DNA of 64,000 bases from Bugula neritina (Eukaryota; Animalia; Bryozoa), in NCBI GenBank assembly GCA_964035545.1, contig OZ037771.1:15099289-15163288 (forward strand). The letters are read 5' to 3'. The notes under the pieces are model-generated. The model was not told the DNA's origin and made no database searches. It saw nothing but the letters and a program-made list of their open reading frames with translations. Of the stretch, positions 40,045 through 54,930 are shown one piece after another; the first letter of the stretch is position 1, and each line of letters opens with the position of its first letter. The position numbers were made by a program, and so were the translations under genes.

Positions 40045-42355
40045 TTAACAAAGCTCTTTCGAAGTTTCCTCTGACAGTTTAAACATGGCCCTGGCATTGT
40101 TGATGCACACAAAATTAGCTGAGCGAGTTAAATCATTCGCTAGCTCTTCGTCTGACACACAGACTGTGCTGCTAGAAGCACTTGCTGTCATGTCAGCTTT
40201 GCTCTCGTCAGCTGCGCTGTCGAGCATGCTCTCTACTGTCTCTATCGTCTCGCCGCTGTCCACACTCGTCTGGTGCTGCAGAGTTCGGTAAAAGTTGGTA
40301 AAGGAAATCTCTGCAAACATGATAGTATAGTGCTCACAAAAAGTTGCATTTCAGACGTACTCAACTAACCTAATCATTCATATCTCTTTCTTTTATTAGA
40401 AGAAGTTCAAATGTTACAAAACCTTGTTAGTACAAGTTCAAGTACTACAATTTTTATGGTTTTAAGTAGTTTTCTTATTATATTTCAAAACAAAAGGCCA
40501 AAAGATGTTATTAGCTTAATTTAAATTTTTTCATTGATTATTTCTATTGACTCGAGTTGAAATATTGCAAAATCTTATTGGTTAAAACTGAAGTATTATA
40601 AAATTTCATTGGTTTAGGTAAACATTTAATGAACTTTTAGAATTGGTTAAAGTTTTGCAGAGTTTTATTAGTTGAAATACTTTTGTTAGATGACTCAGTA
40701 TCTGATGGAGACTCAAGAGTCGAACATTCAAACACTGAGGAGTCCAGTGAAGTCATAGAACATTCCATCGAGTTCTTCCTTTTCTAAAAAGGAGTAAATA
40801 TTGTTTTTGAACATCAAGGAGTTGAGAAAATTGCTGATTAAACTCAATCATTCAATACACAATCAACATGAGTAATATTAGTTACAATACACTTGCAACT
40901 ATAGTAGTTATTAACTCAACTATAGTAGTATAGTACTAGTTATAAATTTATGTAACATGAGCGTTTATACTAGCTTAAGTAATATTAGTTAATAATAATA
41001 ATGAAACAAAATTGTTCCAACAAATTTTATTGGTTGTAAACAATGTGAAAAGGTATCAGTTTACCAGCATCCATACTGTCATTCAATAGACAAAACCATT
41101 ATAAAATATTTTCCAATCTTCACACACAAATAAAAAAACTGTTTTAGTGTCAATTCAGCTTCAAAGTCATGAAATTTTTAGCAATGAGGCTAATTGGTTG
41201 ATGCATTTATGCACCAGTAACAGGCCTATTGATGCAGGTATAAGTATGCTTTTAGAAAATTAAATATTTTCACTTCGTTTGGTTACCTTAGAAAACTGTT
41301 TAAACACTCCACCACTAGTCCTGCTTCCCAACAGTCTACTTAGCATTGTGGCTTTAGCTACAGAGTTGAAGGTCAAGTCACTCTGTGACCTTTCAAGGAC
41401 AAAGTTATCAATATTCCGTTGATTCAGGTTTTGTGGAGGTGTGTTTCTTGGAACTTCCTTTTCAGCGTCCAGTCTATACATCACATGATCAGAATTACAG
41501 CCCCAATGATCAACATGTATTTCTATTTGTATCTTAAATCTCATGAACACATTTTATGGGTAACTTAGTCACTTCTTACAAAGCTAGTCATTCAATATTA
41601 AGTATAAGCTTTTTAACGTAATCTATGAATTAATATAAGGATATATAGCATTTATTCTATAGTATAAGATAGTACACTGAAACCAAATATTATAAACTAT
41701 ATTATGGATCAATGCAACATATATAATATTATATAAAATAGCGTAACGTGTGTTATCATCTATGTATGTGTGCTTGTATGCATGTATACAGTATAATATG
41801 CAATAACAGATTTGATGACATCATATAGCATACACTACAATATATGAATTATACTACAATATATATACCATGATATAATAGTATTGGGTAATAAGAATTA
41901 CATATACGATATACTAAACATATAGATATAACATAACATATTACAATTATAATACAATATGACATATCATAATCTGCACAACATAGTACAATACATATAA
42001 ATTAACCTATTCCTACCTAATAAATTGTATGCAATATATACGCACAATAAAATATATACATATATACATATATACATATATATATACATATATACAATAT
42101 AGCGCAGTTTGAAAAATCCAAATATCCCACAAACTATTTATTGTAATTTATAGCTTTCAACAAGATAATATTGAAGGAGGCATTTGAAAAGACGTTAAGG
42201 AGTAAGGTGCAGGTTTTGTACACACAGTATTCACTCAGCTACTAACTTTGACGATGTGGAGGTTTCCTTGTCCAGATCCGCTCCAGTAGACAACAGACTC
42301 TCCATCTGCTCATCATCTGTCATATAACTCATGCGTCTCTTAGACTTCATTGCGT
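40045..42355 (-). CDS. Four-exon Ser/Thr/acidic-rich coding tail: alternative TRPC C-terminus, or a separate 223-aa gene from ATG 42350
   Basis: Exons 42355-42235, 41473-41287, 40783-40681, 40310-40045 have canonical AG/GT ends, and their phases chain without stops up to TAA at 40045. Confidence 0.7.
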
Positions 42356-43801
42356 CTGCAATGACATTAAAGCATGTTGGAAGCTCAACCACCAAACATG
42401 TAAAACCCAAGCAGTAATATTTAACAGCATATAAACTGACTTCATCATGCTTTTTAGGGTGGAAAATGATCATTTTGAAAACATAACCATGCATTTAGTC
42501 TAAAACAATATTAAAAAGTTGGTTTTTGTCTTTTACAAAGACAAGTATTAGTTAAAACATTTAGCAGATTCACTTGTTTACTCACCTTAGAGACGTATGA
42601 TAGACCTATCGGATATGTGGTAAATTCTCACTAGCGTTCACAAGCTATGCAATGCTCACTCTTTCAAAACAAAACCGAGATGACAGATAAATAGGCAAAA
42701 GCATTTCTCAATGGACAGAGTTTAGCGAGAACAAACAAATCAACAGGCAACTCAGGAGAAAAGATCCGAGAACCAAGACATGTGAAACGCTGAAAAGCTT
42801 CAGATTACGAGTAAAGTTACATTGGTCAATATACTCAAAGTTTGTGGACATTTGATTTCACTACTTGCTTTTGAATACCTTCATTACTAAGTATTTTACT
42901 GTTGCCACCAATGAACAAGATTGAGTTGGTTATTCATCATGATTACTCAACTTCACAAGCATCACCTTTTCTGGATGCCCTATAAATAAAGGTATATAGC
43001 ACACTTGCTAAAACTGGTGCTTTTAAGGAAGTGGACACCCTTTTCGTGAGAAAGTCAGAGGAAAATGCTCAATACATCAGTTTGAGCCGAGATAGAGAGA
43101 AAATTCAACCCAGACAGCAGCCTTCTGGTTACTTACTAAGTTTTATAGTCAATTCGGCAGCATGTTTTAGCTTTTTAGTTTTACCTATAATAAACATTGT
43201 ATACAGGAAAATATAGTAATGATACTAAAAGGTAAGCTGGTTGAGCACAAGGGTTGCGAATTACTTAAAAAACATGCGACCGCTAGTTTCCTGTGTAATA
43301 AGTTGAATCTATAGATAATTACTAAGTAAAACTTGTACATGAAGTGATATTTGTAACAAATGAGTTTTGACATTTTGCTCAATTTTATGCCGTGTAATAG
43401 CTATTATATTAAATTAGTGTTTATAAAATTAAATTGTATTTTTGATAGAATAATTCTAGACTGAGTTTAAATTGAACAATTAAAACAAACTCTATCAAAG
43501 TAAATTGAGATATTTTTTCCAATAATTTCGCAATAAATTCTCAACGCATCTATGAATGCTGAAAAGATTAAAGTTGTTTTGATTATTGCTATCGCATTGA
43601 GTAGGGATGACGCAATAAAATAAACATCAGCTGGCTATAAATGAGTCGCTATAAACATAGTTATATACAACTGTAAATGAAATGATCCGTAATATAGTGC
43701 TTAGTATGTCAGCAAAGTAAATGTAACAACAAACTACTAGAAAAATCATGTAGTTTCTAGAATTATCAGCAGAAGAAATAGCGGAAACTCCTGGCAAAAT
43801 T

Positions 43802-46800
43802 TCAATACAGAGCTCCGTGTTTGCTCGTCGCAAACAGTTTGCTTCGTTGACTGTGTCTATCTTCTACTATCTTGTCTCTACTGGGTAAGAGGGGTTCTTC
43901 TGACGGACACTGGGACACATCTAGGGTGCTGTCAGTCATCAGGGGTGTCCCGGGGGACTTAGACTTAGAGTCTTCACTGCACGTAGGTAAGTCTATGTTA
44001 GTCGTACTCAACTCCATTGACTTCTCATCATCTCCCAAGTCTTGACTTGTAGATTTGTGTCTATGAAAAGCCTTAGCTACAACTTGACCTAGTTTTGACC
44101 TAATTATCTTTGCATGGGAAGAATGGTGGTTAGGCTTGCTCTCCGCCTCAAACGCCTCTTCACCCGAACTGCCAAAAGACTCAGTCTGAGTTGATAAAAG
44201 AGTCGGTCTATTGGATAAATTATTTTTTTTGTTTACACAATAACCAAAAGTAATTTTTCTACCCACTTCCCATCTTTTAGAGCGCTTACTTCCAATTTTG
44301 TTGTTCTTCCTGTTGTAGTTGGGGATATCCATGCCATTGTTGCGCAAGACTTCAAGTAGCTCGTAGCGAAATGATGAAATATCCTGTTTGATCTCGTTCA
44401 CATCATCATCTGTCACTCCTTCCTCTATCTTACACCTCGACTTGTTCATTATGTATCTTTTGATTAGGTTTCTCATCACAACCTGTTGTTATTATAAAGA
44501 TGGTTAAACATATGTCTCAACTAGGAAAAATGGCTTAATGTTACTAAAATACTATTGGTCAATTTTCTTCTTAATCTGAATAATTATTATTAGCTTAGTC
44601 TGACTTCTTTTTAATAGTAGCTGTACAGTCACATTATTTGTCTCAAGCTAGTTATTTTCAATAAAAGTACTATACTAAATCCACACTTTACTGTAAATAA
44701 CTTGCAACCGCAATAAATTACCTGGTACTTTTTTTCTCTTTCATTTATTTTCTTTACAATTTTCTGCAATAAATAGTAGTACACACAATGTTTTATTATT
44801 CATATTTTAGTAAGCAAAATCAAATGAATTAGCCGTTTTGCTTATAATGTTTCAATTATTTAATCAACAACACAGAAATTTACAAATAAGAACAGAAAGT
44901 TTATAGTAACATAATTATTGTTAATCTGTACCACCTGTAGTACACTGTTTAGAAAGCAGTTTAAAAGGAAATCGGTATGATCATGTATTAAACATTGTTA
45001 CCTTTATGCTTTGCCATCTATTTCTTTTGTGTTTGACAGAGCATCTACATATCAACTCTTTGATATACAAAAACAGGCTTATAATAGTCTTGGGTGTTGG
45101 GATAACATTGAATGGTGCAGGCAGAGTTCCACCATCTTCAAAGTAGGTCATCCAGAGCTTAGATCTGGCAAACTTCCACTCAGTATCTTCTTGACTCTGT
45201 TTACACATAGAATATATTTTAAAAAACTATATGTAATGCAAGACACTGTATATTCAATTTCAAAGAAGCCAAACAATCTATATATAGTTGAGGTCCTTAC
45301 CGATATAATTTGGTAGGAGGTGTTCATCATGGCTATCAGCATATTGATGAGAACTATAATGGAAATGTAGCTGTAAACTCCAAACATGGTTTTACCAGCC
45401 AGTTGAGTAAAGCTGTGATCTTCCTTGAGTGTCATCGTGTCTAGTCCCACCAGACCAAACAAAGCCCAATATAGTGTCTGCATTATCTCAAATAAGCTAA
45501 AACAATGACAGAGACAATCTTTTGAAATGGCAATAAAATATTTAAACTCATGAAACATTGTCTTTGCTTGTTGATAGTGAAAATTTCTTACTCTGGGAAA
45601 AACCGTAGGAATTTGCTGTCGTTGTGATTAGGATCACACAACTCTGGTTTTGCTTCACATTCGAGCTGCCTGGACATGGAGTAGTACCAAAAAAGCTGGT
45701 TGAGCCCACAGGCAAAAGAGAAGTTGACAAGAGTGTAGATAACTCCAAATTTTGTTATGTCCACCACCATCCTACCTGTAAATTATTCATTAATGCTAAA
45801 GATATTGCAGCAGGAGACTAAATTAGTACTAAAAGTTTCATATTGGATTTGATTATCGGCATAGCTAGTCATAAATGAACTCAAGATGCATGAAAGTAGA
45901 AACCTAAAGAAACTAATTGTTTAATTGAGCCTTCAATGAAGTCTACATTCTATTTTGTTTACAACTAACATAATGATGCTATAGGTGACTCCTACTTGTC
46001 ATCATTCGCAGTTGTTATATTATTAAGAATTGAAGCAATTTGAAAATAAAAAGACAACTGACAACTTACCTAATGATATCTGTAGGGGACCAAGATATGG
46101 GTTTATTGAGAATATAAAGACTAGCTTTAAGGCACTAAATATGTTGGCCGCAGCAAACAGTGCTTCCGCAATGAGGTTCGGGTCGTATGCGTTCCAGTGC
46201 TTCCTTTCTATGTCAGCACTGGGAAGGTTAAGAGCTTTCTCTTCTTGTACCTGTCAGCAAATGCAACAGACACATGTACTGGAAGATTAACTCGTTTGAA
46301 TATATTACAGTTCAGCAAAATGAAAGCTCGGGTACAACAGTACAAGTCAACTATAATCCACAGTTCAGACAATTAAAAGCTTAAAATAAATTTTATGTTT
46401 AGGAAATGCAGCAAAATGTGTAAAATAAGAGAAAATTAATTAAATGTTCATATCAAATTATATCGGCATGGATACTGCAATAGTTTTGTGTTATCTATTC
46501 TTCAAAAAGTTGTGACCGGTAAAGATAACTTGTCCTTGAGGAGTTAAATCACAGGAGTCTTACCTTTAAGTAGGCAATGGTTCGTAGAGTTATTGTGGCA
46601 ATATATAGAGTATTTGTAGTAAAATCTAGTATGTTCCACATGTCGTGTATGTATTCTTTGAAACCAGCATTCCAAAGTTGCTTCATTTCAGACCACACCA
46701 ATCCTACAACAAAATCAATTGATGAATGAAAATCCTTCTATAAATCATCATAACTAGTCATCCCTTTAGATCTATGAAAGTCAGTTTCTACTCATTGATT

Positions 46801-49800
46801 GAAATATTATTGTCATGTTAAATGTTATTCTAGCAGTTGGTTATTCATTCATGCAGTCAATTAATCAGTCAGTCATTTAGTCAGTGAGCTTGCCAGTCAG
46901 TCAGTCAGTCAGTCAGTCAGTCAGTCAGCCAGCCAGCCAGTCAGTCAGTCAGTCAGTCAGTCAGTCAGTTAGTCAGTCAGTCAGTCAGTCAGTCAGTTAG
47001 TCAGTCAGTCAGTCAGTCAGTCAGTCAGTCAGTCAGTCAGTCAGTGGGTCAGTCAGTCACTCAGTCAGTCACTCAGTCACTCAGTCACTCAGTCATATAT
47101 ATATATAGTTACCTATAACCCAGCAAGTGATCAGCCACTCAATGACATTCGGTGTTGCTCCTCTGTACTCTGACTTCCGACCCTTGTTTGAGGAATTTGG
47201 TGAGAAATCAATTCTTTGTGAAGTGAGTATCAGCAAAACTACAACAGTGCTCGAATATGTTCAACTTCAAGAGACGTTTCCATTGTTTATGATAAAATTG
47301 TTGCTTGGTTACTAGTAAAACACCAACAGTGTTGCTTAGTTACCAGCTAGCATCAATAGTGTTGCTAGGTTACTAGCTAAACATTAACACTGTTGCTAGG
47401 TTACTAATGCATAAGATAGTAAATTGCTCACAAATTTCTGACCAATAGTAATTTGCTATATTACTGTTCACAGCAACTTGCTAAGTTGAGGTAAAAGTGT
47501 TGCTATGGTAATTAAAGTAAACATGTTCAAATTAGTAATTAAGTTTAAAGATAATAGCTTTTAAACATTTGTGCAAGAAATAATATAACTAAAAACAAAT
47601 TGACATGACAAACAATGGCTAATCATACTTACAAAGAAATATAATGTAGGAAGCACTGTGTATGATGAACTTTATGAAGGGCTTCCTCATTAGTTTGCCA
47701 AATATGGACATTGGAGCTAGAATATAGAGAATAGCCCAAAGAGGGGCAAGGACCCCTATGGTACAGATCATGAGAATTCTGTATGCTATGTGCAATCTGC
47801 GGAACCCTGGTAACCCTTCATACCAGATTGAGGCTAACAGCTGTTGGCAATGAGGATGAGCTACAAACTGATGAAACAGAACATAGACATAGACTAGCCA
47901 ATCAAAACATATTTAGGTATTAACTAATCAATCACAATATAAGTATATAGTATAAACTAGCAAATTATCAGAACATGGGTAGATATAAACAAGCCAATCG
48001 GAACAGAAGTACGTAGGTGTAAACAATTAACCAATTAAAACATAGACATAATGTTGGAAGGTTTTTTAGGTTCCATGTCATGAAAATGTAACTAGTGCCA
48101 AACTACCTCTAACTACAGTTAATCATAGTTTAATTAGCAAAACCTTTTATGGGCTTTTTGTTAGAGTTTCTATGCAAATGTATTTGTAATGTATTTATAG
48201 AAATAGAGCTAAAGCATATATTATCTAATTGGTGGAAAGAAAACTCAATACTAACTTCTTTCTGTTTATATTTAATAGCCAGTCGCAGCCGACTCAAGGT
48301 CATGACCTCTGTGTCGTCTTCACTCATTGGTGATTCGGTGTCGTGGTTGAGAATAGTTTCCAGTTCTTCAGAGCCTCTGGTCTGGTCAAGCAACTCCGTA
48401 GCAAACTCTTGGACCTGCTTAGACAGGTTCTTGTAGGTGGATTTGAATTCTGGCTCCAACTGAGCAAGAGTTCTGCAAAACAGTGTCAATGTCATATTAG
48501 TTGTCAAAATTGTTTACTCTTTATCATTTATAATTTAATAAATTTTATTGTTTATTATTTATATTTATTATTTATTAACTATTATTTATTATTTATATTT
48601 TATCAAATTGTATTGTTTATTATATATTATTTGTTGTTATATATTTGTTCTTTCTATGCTAGTGTTTGCAATTTACTGTCAGTCAATGAAGCAATAATTC
48701 TAATGACTTTAAAGTTAAATCAAATAAAAAACGAAATTAAAACAGCAGCTGTTGGTTATAACAAAACATTTTATAATGATTATCTTACCTGAGTTCCCAA
48801 CTTAACTCAAAGGCTGTTAGTATTGGGTCCCTGCTACTTAAACATATGAGGCTTGGGCTAGCCAATGCTTTGTATGCATTTATTCTTGACCTGCTTGAAA
48901 AAATTAGGAAATGATATCTAGAAGAAGTAAACTAAACTAAAGTAGCATCTGCTAACACACTAATTAGGTAATCAAAGCAATCTTTTCATATAGAGAACAA
49001 AATTCTTTGATCACTCTATGGTTTTAGTCCTAAAAATAGCATTTTGTGGCTCTACACTCACAGCTGCCAAAATAAACAATATTTTAAGGCAAAAACATGG
49101 TAAGGTTACTTTTTTATGTAACAAAGAGTTACTACAGTTTAACTCTACACAAATGAATTAGTTCACAAACAGAAAGTCTAACAAAATACTGCAGCTGAAG
49201 GAGGAGAAAAATCGACATCATATAGTATCATGTAGTATAGAATTTTAAAGATGCATTACCAAAAAAGAGTAACTCCTAATACAAGATATACACAAAATAT
49301 TGGGAGTTTCCTAAATTGCTAGACCCAAATAACGAGAATTGTGACGAAATTCACCTTGAATGACACAGAATGTCATCAGTTCTGTACGCCACGCAGTCTT
49401 TACACGGACATTGGACGTTGTGGGGCTTTGGGATCCTGTCCCCTCTTTCTAGAAGAATCTTTATGATCTCATAGTTGTCTCTGTGAGCTGCCAACATGAG
49501 TGGCGTTATGTCAGGCGTAAAGGAATCGGATTGGCTCTCTCCCAAAAATAACTGCAACAGTATTAAGTAGTTGTAAAAATAGTAAATTGTCACTATATGC
49601 ATTATTAATTATATGAATTTTCGTCTAGTTTTTAGCCACTAAAACAGCTAAAAACAAATGTCAATGTTTAGTCAAACTATGATTAGGTTAGTAATGAGTT
49701 AACTTTGCGAACTGAAAATCAAAAATTACAATGCTCACAATTTTGCATGCTAGTTCAATTTATATTGTTTAAGTTTATGTGCAGCACAATGACATTGAAA

Positions 49801-52800
49801 GAATATTTTAACAATAATTGAATAATTTTTATGCAAGACAAAATCAACCAGTGTGATCAAGCAATATAGGAAAATATTTACCCACTGTTTGTGATGATAA
49901 AGTAATGCATAAATACTTTGTAGGCACAGTGTTGAAAGATATAAATAATAAAGTTTTCTAACACATTACATATACATTTATAGTTATACAACCATTTTGA
50001 TTGTTTATTTTTATTGCTTGTGTTTAGACAAAAACTGAGATAATTTATATATATATATGTTCAAAATATGTTAGTTATATATTATATTAGGTATTGTATT
50101 TCGAATCATATCATGTCCCCACTCAAAAGTTTGTTTGTTTTTATTACTGTTTTATTTTTATACAATATTTTAAAATTTGTCAGATTTTAAAATTTATTGA
50201 ATTTCAAGTTCATTAAAGATATATTCACAGCAGCTTGAGCGTTTGTTTCACAAATATTTATTTTGAGAGGTTTTAGACTAAATAAAAAGTTGAAGTGTAT
50301 TATATATAAGGCAAAAAACAATTTAGTCAGATTTGGTGCTAAAACTTAAACCAGAGTCAAAACGATATCTTCTTTTCTGGTTTTTATATGCTAAAAAAGC
50401 TGAAGCGTTAGTAAGATTGCCATAAAACGTTAGTAAGATTGCTTATATAAAACGTCTAGCAGATTAGTTGGGACACATTTTCTGTTTTTAGTATTCATTC
50501 TCTCTACTTTCTACCAACAATATATATCTACACGATGAATATACAATCAATCATACACAGACAAACAGACAGACAAACAAATAGATATGCAGACAAACAG
50601 ACAGACAGAGAAACGAATATGCAGGCAGCAAAGTTCATATTGTTTAATACTCACGTCTTCATTAGAAGAGTTCATCTAAACCCAAGTAGTAACACAATAT
50701 TACCATGGTAATTATACAATATAATTTACAAACTAAATCATCCAACATTATAATACTGTAAAAATATATACATTACAATATTATTACTGTTATTTATGCA
50801 TTGAGAAATACAATTAACAACAACCTTCAAGGTACGATCCGTGAAACGGTTTGTTGTTCAAAAATTTTAGCAGCAAAATTGTTGAGTCAAATATTGGTTG
50901 TGTAAAAATTCAGATTCAATACAATATATAACTTAATTTATTTGTATCACGAGTGATATGTTATTTGGAGTTGTCTTTTCTTTGTTAGTTACAAGTTTGA
51001 AAGAATAGGATTATTAAGCATGAGCAGGTGTTTGAAAATCACAGAGTTTTTTTTCTGTCACAAAAGTGAAGAAAGTAGCTTCCAGTAAATGTTTATATCT
51101 TGGAGTTGTCTGATTTCTAACAATGATTATAGAGAGAAAATAGTTTCCCTCACAAGATTAAAGTGGAATTATGGATTGTCTTCCCTTTACCGTGCATTCA
51201 AGCAGTTGGCACTCTAAATATCGAAAATAGGAATGACTTCAGATTTACTTACTCTGTTATGAAAATATTTATTCTACATCCTTAAACTTGAGCATTTTTT
51301 TATGTTGGTCAAATTTACCTGGTCATACTTTATATTTAGGGAAAAAAGTTATTGGTATCGCAAGGCCTACATGAGTTGTTTGATCAAATTGACAAATAAT
51401 CTGTTTCTAGCATGCTGAAGTGGCTAAACGCTGTTGTTAATGGCATGCTAATTGGTGTAGAGTTCATGTGACTGCACAAAGTAATCAAATAAGTCAGGAG
51501 TTGTCTTATTAATGTTAGTTGGAGAGGGAATCATCTAGCTACGTATTAGTACGTGTATTCACTCTGAATGCAAACAGTTGCAAATCCTTTTTCAGATATA
51601 ATAATCAAGATAATTAATATCGACAGCATAATGAAAACAGGTTTAAGTTATGAAAGTTATTAATTTTCCAGTTATCGTTATGCTAACATACAAGTAAACT
51701 ATCAGTATCTAATTTGTCACAAAGCATAAGAAAAAATCTCAATTTCTTTTAAATTTCAAGCAATTATTTGCACTACTCTATTTGCTAACTGTGTCAGTTA
51801 ACTGCTAAAATTCACAAAATGTGCAGGAGAAATCAATGCAGTTCATTTCTTTGAATTTTGTTTTTAGTTTTTATGACAAGGCTGTTATTGCAGGTACTAC
51901 ATGGATTGGACTAGAAATTTACATTTATAAATTATGTACATATAAAAGGTAGAACCAAAATAATCAAGCTATTTCAGCGACATTACCTTAGCAAATTTTC
52001 CAAGCATGGACGCTAGCCTTTCCTAAAAACAATGAGTTTATTAACTCTGTCAAATACATTGGCTTTCAGTATGTGTATATGCGTTATGTTGTGCCGTACT
52101 ATAGAGATAGTTATATGGGGTTGGCATTAACTATATTTTAATAGTCAAGTGTGCACTTTCTACAACTGGTTGTTTAGTAGCTTTACATAGAAATACTGGA
52201 GTTATAGTAAATGAATATTGCCTGTTAGTAAATTAGAGTTCTCAGCTAAAATATTTTAGCTACAAACTCATACATCTATACGTAAATTTAAATTCTCCAA
52301 GTTTGAAACTTGTGGGTTTTTTAAATCATTTGGGTAATTGAATATTTCACACTAAATATTCCTCATCTGTATAATATTATATAATATTGCAGTTAGCAAT
52401 AATACTTGAGCAAATTGCAAGATTCTATTATAAAAGAGACATATGACACAAAGATGACCTTGAAACTGTTTCAAAACTTGCAGTGATTCAAGCATATAAA
52501 GATACAGCTGTAATGGTGCTGTACAATGACCTTGTTAGGTGACATGTGTTACAATCCCATTATCTGATTGGTTATAGAATAGTTGACCTTGACACACCTG
52601 AAGGTTCTTGTGTTTTGGAGCAGTCTGCTTGTACTTTAGCAGAAGTTCTACAGCTTCTACATTTTCCTCATTTATGGCGTGTAGCAGAGCGTCCCTCACT
52701 TCTACGTTGAAAGATAGCAGGAGCTCCATCATCTCAATATTCTCGTACTCTATGGCTATTAGGAGAGCAGATCTGCCCATTGGATCTCTGCAGTTCATGT

Positions 52801-54735
52801 TGAACAGCGAGTCCTCCTGTAAACAGACGATGAAACTCATTCAATATTCTCTCTTGGCTTGAACAGCCTGAACAGCATTTCACTTACTGGCCTTAGCACT
52901 TATTTTAATGATTTTTGTAAAGTTATAGGCAGTGAAGTTTGATGCAAAAAAAGCATTTTTAGCTTTCAAAGTATAGTAAAAACATTGAAACCATAGGCCT
53001 CATAGAAAGCTTCTGTTATTAGTGTGAAAGATCAATTTTAATTTACTCCTTTGGATAAACATGTTACATTTACAGTTTACAGTCGCTCAGTTGGAAAAAT
53101 TTTCAAAGCATCAACAAAATATTTACAACTGTTCTTTTTAGTTTTAATTCCGTATTTTTCAAAAAAAACCTTGTTTTTAATAAATTAATAATTTTTTTTT
53201 AAAAGATGTTTAAATTGTTAAATAAAGTAAAGAAATTTTTTTTTATTAATGCCATAATTTATATTATTATAATAATGTAAAAAGATTTCGCATACTTTGT
53301 ATCGTTGCAAGTTTACAAGTAGAATAATGAGGCATTTCTACAACTAAAAATATATCTTATTGCTTTGATGTAATATATTTACACACTGCATTGGTTTGAT
53401 TAAGGTTAATATTCAATTAGACTGAGATTGAACTATAGACATGGAGGAAGGTCATTCGCTCTCTTGTGTAGGAGATATGAAACTCGCTTCAACTATGTGT
53501 GTACCTTCTTAATGGCATCCCTATCAAGTACCCTTCACTCTATCAGAATAAATTGCATCGGACAACAAATCAATGTTGTTTACCTCCGGGGCTACATTCA
53601 AGACTATCTCAGTCTATCAGAGAGCTAATTAGTTAATCATTATGCAATGAAGTCAGCTATAACTGGGTTAGCTGAATTTATTTGAGGAAAAGGTTGAGAG
53701 ATCTTCTGCTCATCTGAAGAGGATTATGTACTGATACATAAATATTAATTATGACTTAGCCAATACCCATAGAGATATTTGCACTAGCATAATCATTTCA
53801 ATTACAATCAATATACATACTTATTCATTTGCGAAACTTTGTATTGCAGGTAAAACTTAAAAAAGTTGGCAATGTCAAGTCACCATTATTACAATTTATA
53901 ATAATAATATTTGAAATTTTAAGCAACTTCAAATCTATTATTTCTTTTGCCCCTATAGCATTAAATGTATCAATGTCAATAACTAAGTACTAATTATTCC
54001 TACGCTCAGCGGCTTGCTAGAAAAGTTATTATTTGAGTAGCCCAGAAAATAATGTTTTGTTATTTATTTACAGGAGGCTGAGCCGTACTACTCAATCAAG
54101 ACTTCTTTATTTAATCATTCTCTACCCAATTCAAATATTAAATATTGATATGATGTAATCTCGTTTGAGTTTTTGGACAAAAAATTAATAAGCATATGCC
54201 CTCTTACATAGCCTTAAAGATTGTTCACATGGAAAATGTTAAACATCATGGCCATAATCCAACAAAGCCCTATTATGGGTCCAAAGATAAACGTCTGGGA
54301 GAAAATACCAGGACAAAAACAAGTTTAATTAAGCTCAAAAGTATTTAGATTTAATAATAAACAGGTTTTTGTCAAAAATACATGCATTTTAGTTGTGAAT
54401 TTTATAGATTATAGCTACCACCTGTATAGAATTAGCTTAGTGAGATGGTGCACGTGCTATGCATTCATACAATTTAGAGTTGTCTTCTTTCGTGAGATTG
54501 AGCTAATACAAAGACATCTATAGCTCAGTACCTCTGACATCTCCAGGTAGTGCTTTGTGCTGGCCATGTCTCCACGTTCGACAGCGACTAGATACTGCTT
54601 CTCTTTGTTAGTCAGCGCCTCGTCCACTCTGATGGCCGTGTGCGACATCGGAAAGCCATTTTCCACGTCTGACTCGGTAAAGGAGGCTGTACCAGCAGAC
54701 AGCTGTCTCTTGTACTCTTTGTACACCTTATCCAT
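43802..54735 (-). CDS. TRPC: Transient receptor potential canonical (TRPC / trp-gamma-like) cation channel, about 972 aa from the first in-exon ATG
   Basis: Exons 54735-54532, 52816-52598, 49551-49355, 48890-48789, 48472-48256, 47867-47633, 47238-47113, 46703-46564, 46250-46070, 45775-45592, 45496-45301, 45196-45002, 44763-44722, 44482-43802; all GT-AG with consistent phase. Hallmarks: ankyrin repeats ([21 protein letters not shown]), HxxxCxCxxC Zn motif, [33 protein letters not shown], pore [20 protein letters not shown] box [29 protein letters not shown]. The true start may lie further upstream (acceptor at 54771, frame open). Confidence 0.95.
46866..47095. repeat. (CAGT)n microsatellite in a TRPC intron
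   Basis: Direct reading. Confidence 0.95.
50655..50675 (-). CDS. Candidate 21-nt TRPC microexon (MNSSNED)
   Basis: gtttag|ATGAACTCTTCTAATGAAGAC|gtgagt; phase 0/0 inside a phase-0 intron. Confidence 0.55.
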
Positions 54736-54795
54736 AGTCTTGTCTAAATGTCGGCTTTCTGGTGTGTCTTCTGCATTACATAGGTCTTGCTCTAC

Positions 54796-54930
54796 ACTCA
54801 GTCTACAGAGTATAGAACACAGTCTACAGTGTATAGAACTCAGTCTATACAGTGTATACGTAGAACACAGTCTACAGTGTATACGTAGAAAACAGTCTAC
54901 AGCATATAGAACTCAGTCTACAGTGTATAT
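54796..54930. repeat. 21-25-bp minisatellite (cagtctacagtgtatagaa..)
   Basis: About 6 imperfect copies just upstream of the acceptor of the first modelled TRPC coding exon. Confidence 0.8.

Noticed and set aside
40045-54735. Functional link between TRPC and the methyltransferase cluster
   Set aside because: Only adjacency is visible; nothing in the sequence supports co-function.
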